A stretch of 63,422 nucleotides of DNA, counting the filler, from Octopus bimaculoides (taxonomy: Eukaryota): NCBI RefSeq assembly GCF_001194135.2. It is 7 parts of 7 records of this genome, joined end to end, with 100 filler letters (N's around TTAATTAATTAA, not from the genome) between each part and the next. Parts side by side here need not be neighbours in the genome. Positions count along the whole stretch, not along the records: positions 1 to 1,861 come from NW_026406873.1; positions 1,962 to 7,666 come from NC_069004.1; positions 7,767 to 12,597 come from NC_069006.1; positions 12,698 to 16,522 come from NC_069010.1; 3 more parts are not named here. The stretch is one strand, 5' to 3'. Each line of letters opens with the position of its first letter. Position 1 is the first letter of the stretch. The notes beneath the pieces were generated by a model. The model was not told the origin of the DNA, did not search any database, and worked only from the letters and a program-made list of their open reading frames with translations. A program made the position numbers and the translations under genes. This document shows positions 1-13,398 of the stretch, one piece after another.

Positions 1-1390
1 ATATACAAATAATAACAACAGAATATATATATATATATATATATAGATATGAACATTCATATATAAAGTAAGATTTTCTACACGCTACCATGTATAAAAC
101 AAAGCAATACCCTCGCAAAACAAACAAAGAATTTACATTCCAGTGAGGTTTGTAGCAATGATTTGTAGCAGCCATGTATAAAGTTTGTCGGAAGGAAGTC
201 AACACATTCATACAGCTCACGCAAACACACAATAGAACTACAAGACTCATACACAAAGAATTACACATGTATACTTGTAAACACATACGTATGAGATTAT
301 AAATGTATGTATAAATATATACTTTTATAATTGTATATATTTATATTAATGTTTAATTATATACATATATGAATATATAAGTGTGTATATATAATACAAT
401 AATATAAATAAATATATATATATATATGAATTTTTAAACGTATATATTTATACATTAATTTATAATCTCATACATGAATATATATACATATATATATATA
501 TATNNNNNNNNNNNNNNNNNNNNNNNNNNNNNNNNNNNNNNNNNNNNNNNNNNNNNNNNNNNNNNNNNNNNNNNNNNNNNNNNNNNNNNNNNNNNNNNNN
601 NNNNNNNNNNNNNNNNNNNNNNNNNNNNNNNNNNNNNNNNNNNNNNNNNNNNNNNNNNNNNNNNNNNNNNNNNNNNNNNNNNNNNNNNNNNNNNNNNNNN
701 NNNNNNNNNNNNNNNNNNNNNNNNNNNNNNNNNNNNNNNNNNNNNNNNNNNNNNNNNNNNNNNNNNNNNNNNNNNNNNNNNNNNNNNNNNNNNNNNNNNN
801 NNNNNNNNNNNNNNNNNNNNNNNNNNNNNNNNNNNNNNNNNNNNNNNNNNNNNNNNNNNNNNNNNNNNNNNNNNNNNNNNNNNNNNNNNNNNNNNNNNNN
901 NNNNNNNNNNNNNNNNNNNNNNNNNNNNNNNNNNNNNNNNNNNNNNNNNNNNNNNNNNNNNNNNNNNNNNNNNNNNNNNNNNNNNNNNNNNNNNNNNNNN
1001 NNNNNNNNNNNNNNNNNNNNNNNNNNNNNNNNNNNNNNNNNNNNNNNNNNNNNNNNNNNNNNNNNNNNNNNNNNNNNNNNNNNNNNNNNNNNNNNNNNNN
1101 NNNNNNNNNNNNNNNNNNNNNNNNNNNNNNNNNNNNNNNNNNNNNNNNNNNNNNNNNNNNNNNNNNNNNNNNNNNNNNNNNNNNNNNNNNNNNNNNNNNN
1201 NNNNNNNNNNNNNNNNNNNNNNNNNNNNNNNNNNNNNNNNNNNNNNNNNNNNNNNNNNNNNNNNNNNNTATATATATATATATGTGTATATATATATATA
1301 TATATAATACAAATGATATATAAGCATATGCATGTATACGCACATATATGTACATACCTACATCTACATGTGTATATAGATGCATGTTCG

Positions 1391-1542
1391 GGTACCAATC
1401 ATTGGACTGCAGCTATGCTAAAACACTACCTTTATTCGAAGAAATCGACCCAGGACTTATTCTTTGTAAACCTAGCACTTATTCCATTGGAAACGTTTGT
1501 CAAGGGATGGTGGGTGAACAAACGCAGACTGTAATATATCAG

Positions 1543-1575
<33 letters not shown>

Positions 1576-1730
1576 ATAAAACACGGAGTCTTCTTTCAGT
1601 TTCAATCTAACATATCTACACAGAGGGCTTTGGTCGACCCGAGGTTATACGAGAAGACACACGCCGAAGTTGCCAAGCAGTGGGACTGAACCCAGAACCA
1701 TGTGTTTCAGGAGCATGCGTCTTAGAACAC
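1391..1730 (-). mobile_element. Diverged tRNA-derived SINE (octopus OK/OR-like type A, with internal microsatellite)
   Basis: Matches cleaner copies at 46171-46556 and 30995-31420: reverse head CAGTGGGACTGAACCCAGAACCATGTG, body GGACTTATTCTTTGTAAACCTAG. Confidence 0.8.
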
Positions 1731-1861
1731 AATCCATATTTATATGTATGTATATTCATATATGTATACACATATTTAATATATATGTAAACACTCACAC
1801 AAACACACACATATACTCATATATATAAATATATATATAACACTTATGTACACGCACACAC

Positions 1862-1961
1862 NNNNNNNNNNNNNNNNNNNNNNNNNNNNNNNNNNNNNNN
1901 NNNNNTTAATTAATTAANNNNNNNNNNNNNNNNNNNNNNNNNNNNNNNNNNNNNNNNNNNN
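1862..1961. other. Artificial scaffold join (44 N + TTAATTAATTAA + 44 N)
   Basis: Identical 100-bp construct with the linker at 1906, 7711, 12642, 16567, 43163 and 53372. The palindromic linker has stops in all six frames. Confidence 0.95.
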
Positions 1962-2113
1962 TTCTGTCGTCTTCCTTTTTCTTTCTTTCTTTCTGCTTAT
2001 TAAAAAACTGACAAAAGCTGATGATGTCATTCTATCAACGTATGGACGCTGATTACTCACGTTCATAGTTTACGTTTGGTTTCTGAAATTTTGAATTTTC
2101 AATCACCTTTTGG

Positions 2114-2158
2114 TTTGAACTTGAGAAAGACAGACGTTCTGTCGAAATGTTGTTTAAA
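2114..2158 (+). ncRNA. Degenerate type I hammerhead-like motif (probable PLE terminal repeat relic)
   Basis: Stem I TTTGAAC/GTTTAAA, stem II GACAG/CTGTC, then GAAATGTT. Core is TTGAGAAA instead of CTGANGA. Confidence 0.4.
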
Positions 2159-2237
2159 AAATAAAACATCTAAAATCGCACTCTTCGTCTTGACTATTTA
2201 CCTTCGTGAAGAGTTACGTCAATCCTTTTTTTAAAAA

Positions 2238-2294
<57 letters not shown>

Positions 2295-2429
2295 GGCCGC
2301 AATACTGTGAAGTCACGGAAATTTGGTGCTCCGTAGGTTGAAAAAGTATTTGTAATCTTTTCGGCCTTCTAAGGCCACGTCTTTTCATTACATTTCGGAG
2401 ATTGTCTGGATTGTGCAGATAGCATCTTT

Positions 2430-3097
2430 ATGTTGAAACACCCCTGTTTTGCAGGAGGTGCGCATAAAAAATTTTTGAATTTTAACTGCTTTCGACAAAA
2501 ACAAATATTTCGCAATTTTCTGCAATTTCTAAAGCTGGCTAAGATTAGGATGCTGGATGTGCCGCCAGAAATATCCATTACCTGGTTAGTGGCGGCCGTC
2601 TTGGCAGGTTTAGAAGAAGACAAAGTCATAATACTGGAGGTCAAGAAACTACCTAAGCAAAACTGGTTAGGTATAAGTATATAAGTGACCTTGCAATACA
2701 AGCAGGACCGTATAGATCAGCTGCCTGATCTAATCGATCTCCCGGATAGCATTCACCTGTCAGTGTTCGTGGAGGGTAGAAAGCCAAGATGCCATTAATG
2801 TGGATCTGTAAAACACTTAAAGGATTCCTGCCCTGAAACAAAGAAAAATAAAGTCTCACCGCGGACAACATTACAAGTACCACAAGTGCTAAATCATAAA
2901 CAAGTGCTCAAAACTCTTACACCTTCTCCCACTCCCACGCTCACACCCACTCCCAAACCAAGACAACGAAGGTTGCCACGGAAAAGTAAGTTTCTCCTGA
3001 ATGCTCTTCCTCCCAAACCAACATCAACTGCAGTGATATGGAGAAGGAAGAGCTGAACGATCAATTGATCACAGTGGCAAAAGGGGGTAGGCGAAAG
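2430..3097 (+). pseudogene. Tx1 ORF1 (gag-like) remnant
   Basis: GRKPR-CH*CGSVKHLKDSC-P is a C-x2-C-x4-H-x4-C knuckle at 2790-2831 with an in-frame stop. Confidence 0.75.
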
Positions 3098-3697
3098 NNN
3101 NNNNNNNNNNNNNNNNNNNNNNNNNNNNNNNNNNNNNNNNNNNNNNNNNNNNNNNNNNNNNNNNNNNNNNNNNNNNNNNNNNNNNNNNNNNNNNNNNNNN
3201 NNNNNNNNNNNNNNNNNNNNNNNNNNNNNNNNNNNNNNNNNNNNNNNNNNNNNNNNNNNNNNNNNNNNNNNNNNNNNNNNNNNNNNNNNNNNNNNNNNNN
3301 NNNNNNNNNNNNNNNNNNNNNNNNNNNNNNNNNNNNNNNNNNNNNNNNNNNNNNNNNNNNNNNNNNNNNNNNNNNNNNNNNNNNNNNNNNNNNNNNNNNN
3401 NNNNNNNNNNNNNNNNNNNNNNNNNNNNNNNNNNNNNNNNNNNNNNNNNNNNNNNNNNNNNNNNNNNNNNNNNNNNNNNNNNNNNNNNNNNNNNNNNNNN
3501 NNNNNNNNNNNNNNNNNNNNNNNNNNNNNNNNNNNNNNNNNNNNNNNNNNNNNNNNNNNNNNNNNNNNNNNNNNNNNNNNNNNNNNNNNNNNNNNNNNNN
3601 NNNNNNNNNNNNNNNNNNNNNNNNNNNNNNNNNNNNNNNNNNNNNNNNNNNNNNNNNNNNNNNNNNNNNNNNNNNTCATTTTCTTTCTCCGGCTATC

Positions 3698-6600
3698 ATG
3701 GCTGTGCTGAGAATGGGGTGTGTGAATGTGCGTGGCCTGGGATCAGTCTGGAAGCGAGGTCACTTGCTCAATGATCTCAGGTCACTTGATTTGGACCTGG
3801 CTGTCATTAGTGAAGCAAGGATTTCCGGAAAACACTTTTTAGCATCCATTTTCGGCTACGAGGTATTCTCACCTTGTGGTCTATCGAGAGCGGGTGGCGG
3901 TGTAGCAGTGCTACTCCGAAAATCTCAGGATCTTCAAGTACGGGCTATCTTCCTGAATCCGGATGGTATGTTGGTGGTCCTGGACGTGAACGGCAGTGAA
4001 GTTGATGCCTTAAGACTCGTGGGGGTTTGTGCCCCAACAGGAGTTGGAAGGCCAGATTTCTTCGGGCGTCTAGAAACATTCTTGGGAACATCTTACACTT
4101 TAGTACTAGGCGGCGGAGACTGGAATAGTATTTTGGACGCACGGAAGGACTGTGTGGCTTTAGTACATAGTAGAAGTGGGTGTAAAAGCCTCGAAAACCT
4201 GTTCAGGACTTTCCAGCTTTCTGACAGGTACCGACTGGATTTCCCTGATGTGCCATTATGGATATGGAGCAACCAAAGCAGGTCATCCAGATCGTATTTA
4301 GATAGAGTATTTCTTAGGTCAGAGGATAGGGATAGCATAGGTTGTCCACAATTTAAATTGGTTGGCTACACAGATCACAAATTTGTGAAATGCCCTGTCG
4401 ATTTAGATAGGAACCGTAGACTGGGACCCGGTTACTGAAAGTTGAATGCGTTCTTACCGGCTAGCAAAGACTACATGAAGTGGATTAGCGAACTAGTTAA
4501 GCGGCAGTTGACGGAGGCTAGTGTCAAGAACTGGTAGTGAATCGCTCTGAAGTGAGCGATTAGAGTAGAATCGACAGAGTTTAGCAAAGACTTGGCAAAA
4601 GAAAGACATAGATTGGAAGCAGAACTAGTTAGCAAACGAGAAGAGGCTATTAGTAATGGCATTGCGACCGACGTGTTAGCGGCAAGAATGGCTTTTGACC
4701 ATTTCTTTGAGGCGAAACATGAACGGTGCACTAAAACACGAACGAACTAAAGCTGTCCGATGGGCCTGAACGGTACAGATGCGACGTGGAAACAAAACTA
4801 CGATCAAATCTTTGACAGATCAGGACGGATACGTGCTACTCGGTTCTGAACAGATGTGTGCAACTTTCCAGCAGCACTTTGCGCGGCTGTTTGGGGAGGG
4901 TGATGGTCGACGAGGGTAACGAACTTCGTACCTAGATGGCCTACCGCGGCTCTCGGTGACGGACTCGAGATTCTGCGAAAAGCCGATTACAGCCTCTGAA
5001 ATACAGGAGGCGATGAGCGATTGCACAAGTCGCAAATCGCTCGGTTTGAATGGTCTGCTCTACGAATTCTATGTTTTCATGCTAGATTTGTTTGGCAGAT
5101 TCATGGCAGATGTCTACAGTAACTGGCAAACGGGAGAATTCCTAGGGCTGTTAGCTGGGGTGTAGTAACACTGCTGAGAAAGGACACCGACAATGGGGAC
5201 GTGTTAGGGAATTTTCGGTCCATAACTCTGCTAAACACAGAGTTTAAGATTTTGGCCAGGGTGTTAGGGTAAAGGTCGGTGCTAGTCGTTGGTAGTCTGG
5301 TCGGGGAGGCAGAAACGTGCGCAATCTCAAGCAGGTCTATCCACGACAACCTCTACCTTATACGATACAGCATAGAGAGGGTTGGGACTAATGTTGGCTT
5401 CAATTTATATCAGTCGAAAGCTTTCGATAGGTAGACCATCGCTACTTGAAAGCCGTCCTTAAAGCGGCCGGTTTCGGACCTGTTTTCAGAGGCTGGATTG
5501 CTGCAATGCACAGCGGCACCTGTTCGGTGGTCAAAGTAAATGGCCACCTATCGGAACGGTTTAGTATCGCTCGTTCGGTCTGTCAGGGCAGCCCGCTGTC
5601 ACCTCTTCTGTATGTGCTGGTTTTTCGAGCCACTACTGCGGAAGTTGGAACAGTTAAGCGGCCTCCCTTTCGAGATTGGACTGGTGGGGGGGGGGNNNNN
5701 NNNNNNNNNNNNNNNNNNNNNNNNNNNNNNNNNNNNNNNNNNNNNNNNNNNNNNNNNNNNNNNNNNNNNNNNNNNNNNNNNNNNNNNNNNNNNNNNNNNN
5801 NNNNNNNNNNNNNNNNNNNNNNNNNNNNNNNNNNNNNNNNNNNNNNNNNNNNNNNNNNNNNNNNNNNNNNNNNNNNNNNNNNNNNNNNNNNNNNNNNNNN
5901 NNNNNNNNNNNNNNNNNNNNNNNNNNNNNNNNNNNNNNNNNNNNNNNNNNNNNNNNNNNNNNNNNNNNNNNNNNNNNNNNNNNNNNNNNNNNNNNNNNNN
6001 NNNNNNNNNNNNNNNNNNNNNNNNNNNNNNNNNNNNNNNNNNNNNNNNNNNNNNNNNNNNNNNNNNNNNNNNNNNNNNNNNNNNNNNNNNNNNNNNNNNN
6101 NNNNNNNNNNNNNNNNNNNNNNNNNNNNNNNNNNNNNNNNNNNNNNNNNNNNNNNNNNNNNNNNNNNNNNNNNNNNNNNNNNNNNNNNNNNNNNNNNNNN
6201 NNNNNNNNNNNNNNNNNNNNNNNNNNNNNNNNNNNNNNNNNNNNNNNACGCACTCAGGTTATACCAACTGCAGCGGTTTCTAGAGAGTACACGTGTGTGG
6301 GCTCCGTTTGTGAGACACGCCTTTCCGCAGCTCGTCTCCTTGACGGAGCTGCAGTCTTGGGTAAAGGAGAGGCCGAGACAGAGCGTCTGGCATTTAGAAT
6401 GTCGTCAGGCGCTCACTGTCCTCTACAAGTCGGGCAACAGGATGTTTACAGAGGATTAGTAGCAGGGAAGAACGACGACGTCCTCGGGCAGACTCTAGGC
6501 GTCGACGAAGACGAACTGGCAAGTCTATTCCGGAGGACTTTCCGGTTGGAGACTGTTATGGATAATTTCCAGATGTCTTTGGCCTAGCAGTGCTACCGGT

Positions 6601-7060
6601 TCGAGATAAACTTTACTGACACGAATGTGCTGTCAGACGGTCTTGTCCGAGCTGCTCGCAGAGCGACGAAACCGTTCTGCATGCACTCGTTCAGTGTCCG
6701 AGCATTGCTGACTTGTGGAGTATTGTCCAACAGCTGCTGTCGCGTGTAGGACAGATCCATCTGTCGTCCGAGTCCATAATGATGATTGCCTCGCCGCCCT
6801 CCTTTTATCGGGCTGGCAAAGTAATTTTCCTTTGTTTGGTGGCTGTGGCGAAAGAGGTTATCTGGTGGGCGAGGCTGAAAGGAATAAAGACAGAAACTTT
6901 CCTCTTTGGTAAAGCCCTCATCGACTCATTCAAGTTTCACTTGAAAAAGAAAGTGAGAATGGAGGTGGTGCTGTCCTCGAGTGACATTTATCAAAAGGTG
7001 GGTGAAAGTTGCAAAAATGGCAAGAGTGGATGGTACCACTCTCAATATAGACCTATGAGT
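3698..7060 (+). pseudogene. Tx1 ORF2 (APE endonuclease + reverse transcriptase + Zn motif), with stops, frameshifts and an N gap
   Basis: APE: NVRGL, GGGVAVLL, GDWN, YLDRVF, YTDHK. Linker GPGY*KLN (WKLN). RT: KSLGLNGLLYEFY, NFRSITLLNTEFKILARVL, QSKAFDR, SVCQGSPLSPLLY. C-terminal CPSCSQSDETVLHALVQC at 6644-6697. Confidence 0.9.
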
Positions 7061-7351
7061 CGGAAGAAAAAAGTTGGAGTGGGCTCTCGTCCTTTGTACT
7101 CAGGGTGATCTTAGATGGTGAGGTTCCTTGATTATCCCTAGAGGTCCTTCTGAATCAGGGGGATCCCATCATGACCGATTTCCCCCTCTTTTTCTAGTTT
7201 CACATACTACATATATTTCCCTTCTTCTAATGTATACCGTGTATACTTTTTATCATTCCATTATATGTAAACCCCTACACTTTATGTCTGTCTTTGTATT
7301 GCCCCTCATCCTTCGCCCTGGTGGCAAATAAAAGAAATTCTTCTTCTTCTT

Positions 7352-7380
<29 letters not shown>

Positions 7381-7432
<52 letters not shown>

Positions 7433-7666
7433 TTATGTTTGACTTTTGTTTTGCATTTGTACAAGTTGGATCCAAGTCTCACCCAGAGACCTCAAGAGAC
7501 AACAAGTTAGAAGTTCATGTGGGTGTTATGCCTAGGGTACCATATATTTCGATTTGTACAGTTTTGTTCAAGTGAATGTTTAAGAAACCATAAGAAAATT
7601 ATGTGTTTGCTTTAAAATTTGAGATCACATAGACAGTATTTTACGTAGGATATGGGCAGTTCCCAT
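7381..7666 (-). mobile_element. R4/Dong-clade LINE 3' end with (TAA)n tail
   Basis: Minus strand reads MGTAHILRKILSM* (stop 7625-7627), the typical R4 C-terminus, then a 3' UTR and (TAA)n at 7381-7432. Confidence 0.8.
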
Positions 7667-7790
7667 NNNNNNNNNNNNNNNNNNNNNNNNNNNNNNNNNN
7701 NNNNNNNNNNTTAATTAATTAANNNNNNNNNNNNNNNNNNNNNNNNNNNNNNNNNNNNNNNNNNNNAGAATTTCTGTGATCCCGGTCGAT

Positions 7791-8345
7791 TATTATTATC
7801 ATTATTATTGTTGTTGTTGTTATAGTTGTTGATTTTGTGGTGGTGGTGGGTGATTGTAATGTTTCTTTTTATTGTTATTGTGGTTATTGTTAGTTGTTGG
7901 TGGTGTTGTTATTATTGCTACTATTATTTTTATTATTATTATTGTTGTTGTTGTTGTGGTAGTTATTATTATTATTATTATTTTTATCACTATCATCATC
8001 ATCGACATCATCATCGTCGTCGTCATCTTCATCGTCATCATCATCATGATGATGATCATCATCATCATCATCATCAACACCATCATCATCATTATCGTCG
8101 TCATCATCATCCTCATCATCATTGTCATCGTCATTGTCATCATCGATATCATCATCATCGTTATCGTCATAATCATCACCATCATTATCATCATCGTCAT
8201 AATCATCATCATCATCATCGTCATAATCATCATCATCATCAACATCATTGTTATCGTCATCGTCATCATCATCGTCATAATCGCCATCGTCCTCATCATA
8301 AGCGTCTACGTCATTATTATTATTATCATTGGTGTTGTTATTTTC
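7791..8345. repeat. Compound imperfect (ATT)n/(GTT)n/(ATC)n microsatellite
   Basis: Direct reading; source of the poly-H/I/D/M ORFs. Confidence 0.95.
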
Positions 8346-8586
8346 TTCATGTTTCCTGATCCATTTAAAACTCCTAAGTTCCACAACAACTCCGAAAAGC
8401 AACCCCCCGATCCCATCCCAGTACACAACACTAACACGAAACATACCACAGACCCCCACCAGCCACCCATCCAATCACACCCCCTTTTCCCCCATCATCC
8501 ATCGCCACCACCACCACAAAACCACCATTGCTTCATCAGTAACTGTTCATCAGTTCCCATGTAGTTCCGTACCAAAGCATGCGTCA

Positions 8587-8972
8587 GTATATATATATAC
8601 ATATACACACATCCATACACACACAAACACACACACACACAAACACACACACAAACACAAACACACACACAAACACAAACACGCACAGATACTCTCTCTC
8701 CCACACACACACATATATATATATATATATAAACATATATATAAACATATATATATATATATACACACACATATACACATACACACATACACACACACAC
8801 ATAAATATATATACATACATATATATACACATATATATATACACACATGTATATGTATATATACATATTCATATAAACATACATATACGCTAATATAATT
8901 AAGCAATGTACTCACACATAAATATGCTGTATGTATTTACATGTGTGTATATATACGTACATAAGCAAACAC

Positions 8973-9013
<41 letters not shown>

Positions 9014-9980
9014 CATACGTATTTACATACACTTGTGTGCACATACACATGCACATGCAAACACATATAAGCATACACGCACGAACATATTGCAACAATA
9101 CCAAAATACACAACCACTCACACATGAACATATGCACGCATACTTAACCAATTGAGAGCGTTTAAATTCATCATGCTTCGAACCTCGATGTTGATGTGAT
9201 TTTGTTTTTCCTTCTTAGTATTCTTTTTTTTATTTAGTTGTTTTGGCTTATCTCCCTCCTCGCCTCCACCTCCACCTCTTACTCACTGTTATAATGCTTT
9301 CAACATTTCCAATATATTCCTACATATCCGGCTCCATATCCGTGTGATCCTTTATTTCCTGTTCCATTGAAAACTCCGCTAATTCTCGGCTCAGCGTTTT
9401 ATTAAATTTGATTCGGCTCTGAGCGGTGTCTGAAACTTACATGTGCGACGCAGCTCGAATACTATTAACATTGTATGTGTATGTGTATCTATTTGTACGT
9501 GTGTGTGTGTGTGTATGTATCTGTGTGTGTGTGTGTTCTTATACACGTACACACATACATGCATATATATATCTATATGTATGCATGCGCCTGTAAACAC
9601 GAGACTACACTCTTACACACACAGACATGCTTATAATATGATATGCTCGAATTTAGCACATACACATATGCCATACACAGGCAAACAGACACACGCATAC
9701 ACACATATATGAGTATACAAACATACGCCTACAGAATTACCGACACAAATATGCATTCACACATACGTGCATTCACACACACCTACACACAGACATACAC
9801 ACACGCATTCAAACACAAACACTTGTTCACATAAGCACATACATGATGAATTTTCAAACACTGCCTGGAACATTTGTACACACATACATGGAGCATTTTC
9901 ACATACACACACACGCACGAACACAGAAACACACACACACATTGCAGCACACAAGCACACTGCAAGATACTTCCCTAGAA
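8587..9980. repeat. (TA)n/(CA)n-rich low-complexity tract with a short unique island (9150-9460)
   Basis: Direct reading. Confidence 0.85.
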
Positions 9981-10869
9981 TTCATTCAAAAGTACATCAT
10001 TCCACAAAACTCGGACATTTTCTTTTTTTGGAAAGCCACACTAACTCATAGACGAACATGCATATTCACTTCAGCACTATCAATGCTTCTGACATACACA
10101 ACTTCACATAACATAACTTTGGCGCGCACTCATAGAAACATTTAACGGTGTCCAAATTCATTCATTTAAAATTTTGTAAGTCTTAAACTATCTATATTAT
10201 CGTTTGACTTTGAAATCTCTACTTTTCTCTCACTCATGATATATATAGGTCTTTCTAGCACCATTGTTGCATTTAATGAAAATTATAATTCTTCTTTTTT
10301 GAGAAACATTGCAGACTGCTGTTTATATTAATTTTATATATACAGGTATATATATATATACAGATGTGTGCGTCCTTGGCGTGACTGTGCGTGTGTGCGT
10401 GGATCTGTGTGTGTGTGAATTGGTGCCAATGGAAACAGCTGGTGTTAGTGGTAAATCGATGGTTTTTTTTTTATTTTTCATGAACGTTTTCGGGGCAACG
10501 CTATTTGAAACGACGGGTGAAACAGCCTGTATTTCATGGCCGTGATTAGAGAATTTGCTGTGAAAGTTTTGCTGTTAGTTTATATGGTTAGCAAGGTGGT
10601 GGTGGTAGGACAAGATTCATAAAAATGTTTCAAATATCGGACACATTAAAAAAATAATAATTTATATTAATATTGCATTTATAAATTATCGATTCAATTT
10701 GTTTTGATGTTTGTCAACGTCATGATTTTATTGTTATTGTTGTTCTTCTACGTAGTGGTAGTGGTGGTGGACAATAGTTATTATTAATGTTGTTCTTGCT
10801 GTTATAATTGTTGTTGTTCACTACTGTGTTTGTTTTTAATTGTTATTGTTGCAGTTGTTGTTGGTTAGG

Positions 10870-11330
10870 CTCCAGCCATTTGCCATGAAGTCGCTCAGCA
10901 ACACCGCATTTACCGACGTGCCCTCTCGTTTCTCTGACTTTCTGCCGGACTACAACGGGCTCAGTTCCTCTCAGTTAACTGGTCACTCAATCTCAGGTCA
11001 ATTGTCTCTCCCCTCTTCTCATCCTCCCACCCGTACTAAACACACACTACCTCCGGTCCTTCCTACCCTCGATATCAGCCATCTAGATTCGTCGATTTCT
11101 ACACATGCCACTTTTGTTGTTATCAAATTGCAGCTGTTGAAGTGAGACTCTGATTGTATCAATCTTTCTGGTCTTAGATACTCTGCTAACCCATCATCAC
11201 TGTACATTCCTCTTCTCCTCAGATGTCTATTTGACTGGCCGCAATTAAATAAACATCTGATCAAAGATATTCTAGCCATGTCTGTCCTATCTTTGTTCTG
11301 ACAGTATACATCAAATGTATCAATTAACCT
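10870..11330 (-). mobile_element. Possible R4/Dong ORF N-terminal fragment
   Basis: ISLIRCLF...RRGMY...VEIDESRWLI resembles the R4 N-terminal region as I recall it; heavily degenerate. Confidence 0.4.
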
Positions 11331-11439
11331 ATGAAGAAGATAATTGTAATTTAAGAGTTGTTTTAATTATTTTTAGCGAGTCATTCATTGTCTTGTTGCT
11401 GCCGCTGTGCTTATTGATATTATAAGACTTTGACTGACA

Positions 11440-11600
11440 AAATCGTTAGCGCGTCGAACAAAGCTTGCTCTACTTGTTCGGTTCTTTACCTTCTAGATCC
11501 AAACCCTGCCATGATTAGCAATACCTTTCATCCTTTCGTGGTCGATAAAATAAGTACCAGCTGAGAACTGGGGTCGATCTAATCGACTAGCACCCTCCCC
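11440..11600 (+). mobile_element. Diverged tRNA-derived SINE type B
   Basis: CCTTTCATCCTTTCGTGGTCGATAAAATAAGTACCAG central block shared with the other type B copies. Confidence 0.8.
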
Positions 11601-11644
11601 TTATATTTGGTTTTCACTTCAGCATCATTACTATTATTTTAGTT

Positions 11645-12420
11645 TCTTTGTCATAGTTCTTGCGTCACACATTCTGTGACCTCTTCAGCGACTCTCTGTC
11701 TCATGTGTCTCCTCTTGTTCTGCTTATTCCATCTTGTCTTTCTTATAAGTCCTCTTTCACCAATCTTCTGTTTCATGTATAAACGTTGACATTTGCCTTT
11801 GGATAAAATGCTCCACACGTATTTAGGGTGTTCCCCTCTCTCTAATACTTTTATTTCATCTAACATCCAATTCACTATTCCAGCAGTATAAAGCAATACG
11901 GCAGTTGCCCATATGTTAATCCTTTTATCAGATTCCTTGAATTAAGTTTGAACTTCATAACAAGATTTAATCTCTTTAAGTATATCACTTTCATCACCCC
12001 CACCCACTCACCGCCACTACCCCATTTCTTTATGCAACATTCTAGAAAGCCTACCGAAACCAACACGTTATTATTGATTATTTTCTTGTATTTGGAAATG
12101 GAATCTTCCTCAAGAATTATAGAATCATTAAACAACCTATGTCAGGTCAGGGAACACGATATCTTTTCTCTTGTCTTCATTCGACATCACCTTACATAAT
12201 TCTCCAACTGATTACTCAAAGCTTCTTGCAAACATTTATCTCACTTACGCATAATATCTTCGAGATCCAGTATGTCTTCATTCTTGCATCAGGTTCTAAA
12301 ATCCGTCCTTTATTCCATTAAAATGCGCTTTCTTTCATCTGTTCATGGCTAAAGTTGCATATTTTGACCTACCAAATGCTATTTCAATATCATTGAAACA
12401 TATTTTTGTCGGATTAACAA
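11645..12420 (-). mobile_element. R4/Dong-clade RT and post-RT fragment
   Basis: FNDIEIAFGRSKYA, KLNSRNLIKG, LLYTAGIVNW, RLYMKQKIGERGL. Confidence 0.75.
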
Positions 12421-13309
12421 GCGAATATATATTGCCTTTTCACACACTGGAAGTATAGTTAAGTCATTCATGCTGAATTGATGATTTACAAAAGGTACAT
12501 TTCTAAGTGTTTATCATATATTTGCTTTCCTATCATTAAGATAACTATTAGCGCGATCACAAATAATAACTATAGCAACGGATATATATATATATATNNN
12601 NNNNNNNNNNNNNNNNNNNNNNNNNNNNNNNNNNNNNNNNNTTAATTAATTAANNNNNNNNNNNNNNNNNNNNNNNNNNNNNNNNNNNNNNNNNNNNCAC
12701 ACATATATATACTTACAAACATACGTACACACACACCCCGCACAAGTATACATGTATACATACATACACATAGATACACTCATCCACACACATATATACA
12801 CCCATATACACATATATACATATATATATATATATATGCATATATATATATATAAATATATATACATATATATATACATACACATACATTATACACATAT
12901 ATATATATATACAAACACATACACACACATACACATATACATATATATATACATACATACACAGACACACATATATATACACATACATACACATGTGGAC
13001 ATACACACTCACATAAACTTGTATACACAATCATATACACGCATTTATATTTACACACACACAAACATCTAAATGTTTACTTATATTCTTTTAAAATATA
13101 AAAAATACATCTACACAAATATGCTCCCATACTTATTCACAAGTACACTCATATATGAATATATAAACAAACCTATGTGTGAATAAATACATTTTTACAC
13201 AAAAATGTACATACATCCGAAAAATCATACGTAAATGCATATTTATATATTTAAAAAAAAATAATATTGATAAGAGTAAAAACAAGGGTAAGAGTGAAAA
13301 TATAAATGA

Positions 13310-13398
13310 CTAGCAGAAATACCCGGCGTTGCCCGGGTTAAAGAGAATAATGAAATCTAAAAACGCCGTCTAGACTACGCATCATCTTTATATATAGA
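13310..13398 (-). mobile_element. 89-bp non-autonomous Helitron
   Basis: Minus strand: 5'-TCTATATATAAAG...CCCGG GCAACG CCGGG TATTTCTG CTAG-3', followed by T. Both canonical termini present. Confidence 0.8.

Larger units (their letters stand above)
2291..7340 (+). mobile_element. Near-full-length decayed Tx1/L1-clade non-LTR retrotransposon
   Basis: ORF1 CCHC knuckle, then APE endonuclease, RT and C-terminal Zn motif in order; AATAAA at 7327-7332. The 5' boundary is uncertain. Confidence 0.9.

Noticed and set aside
1906-1917. Recurring TTAATTAATTAA palindrome as a biological motif
   Set aside because: Always centred in exactly 44+44 N, so it is an assembly linker. Adjacency across these six joins should not be trusted.
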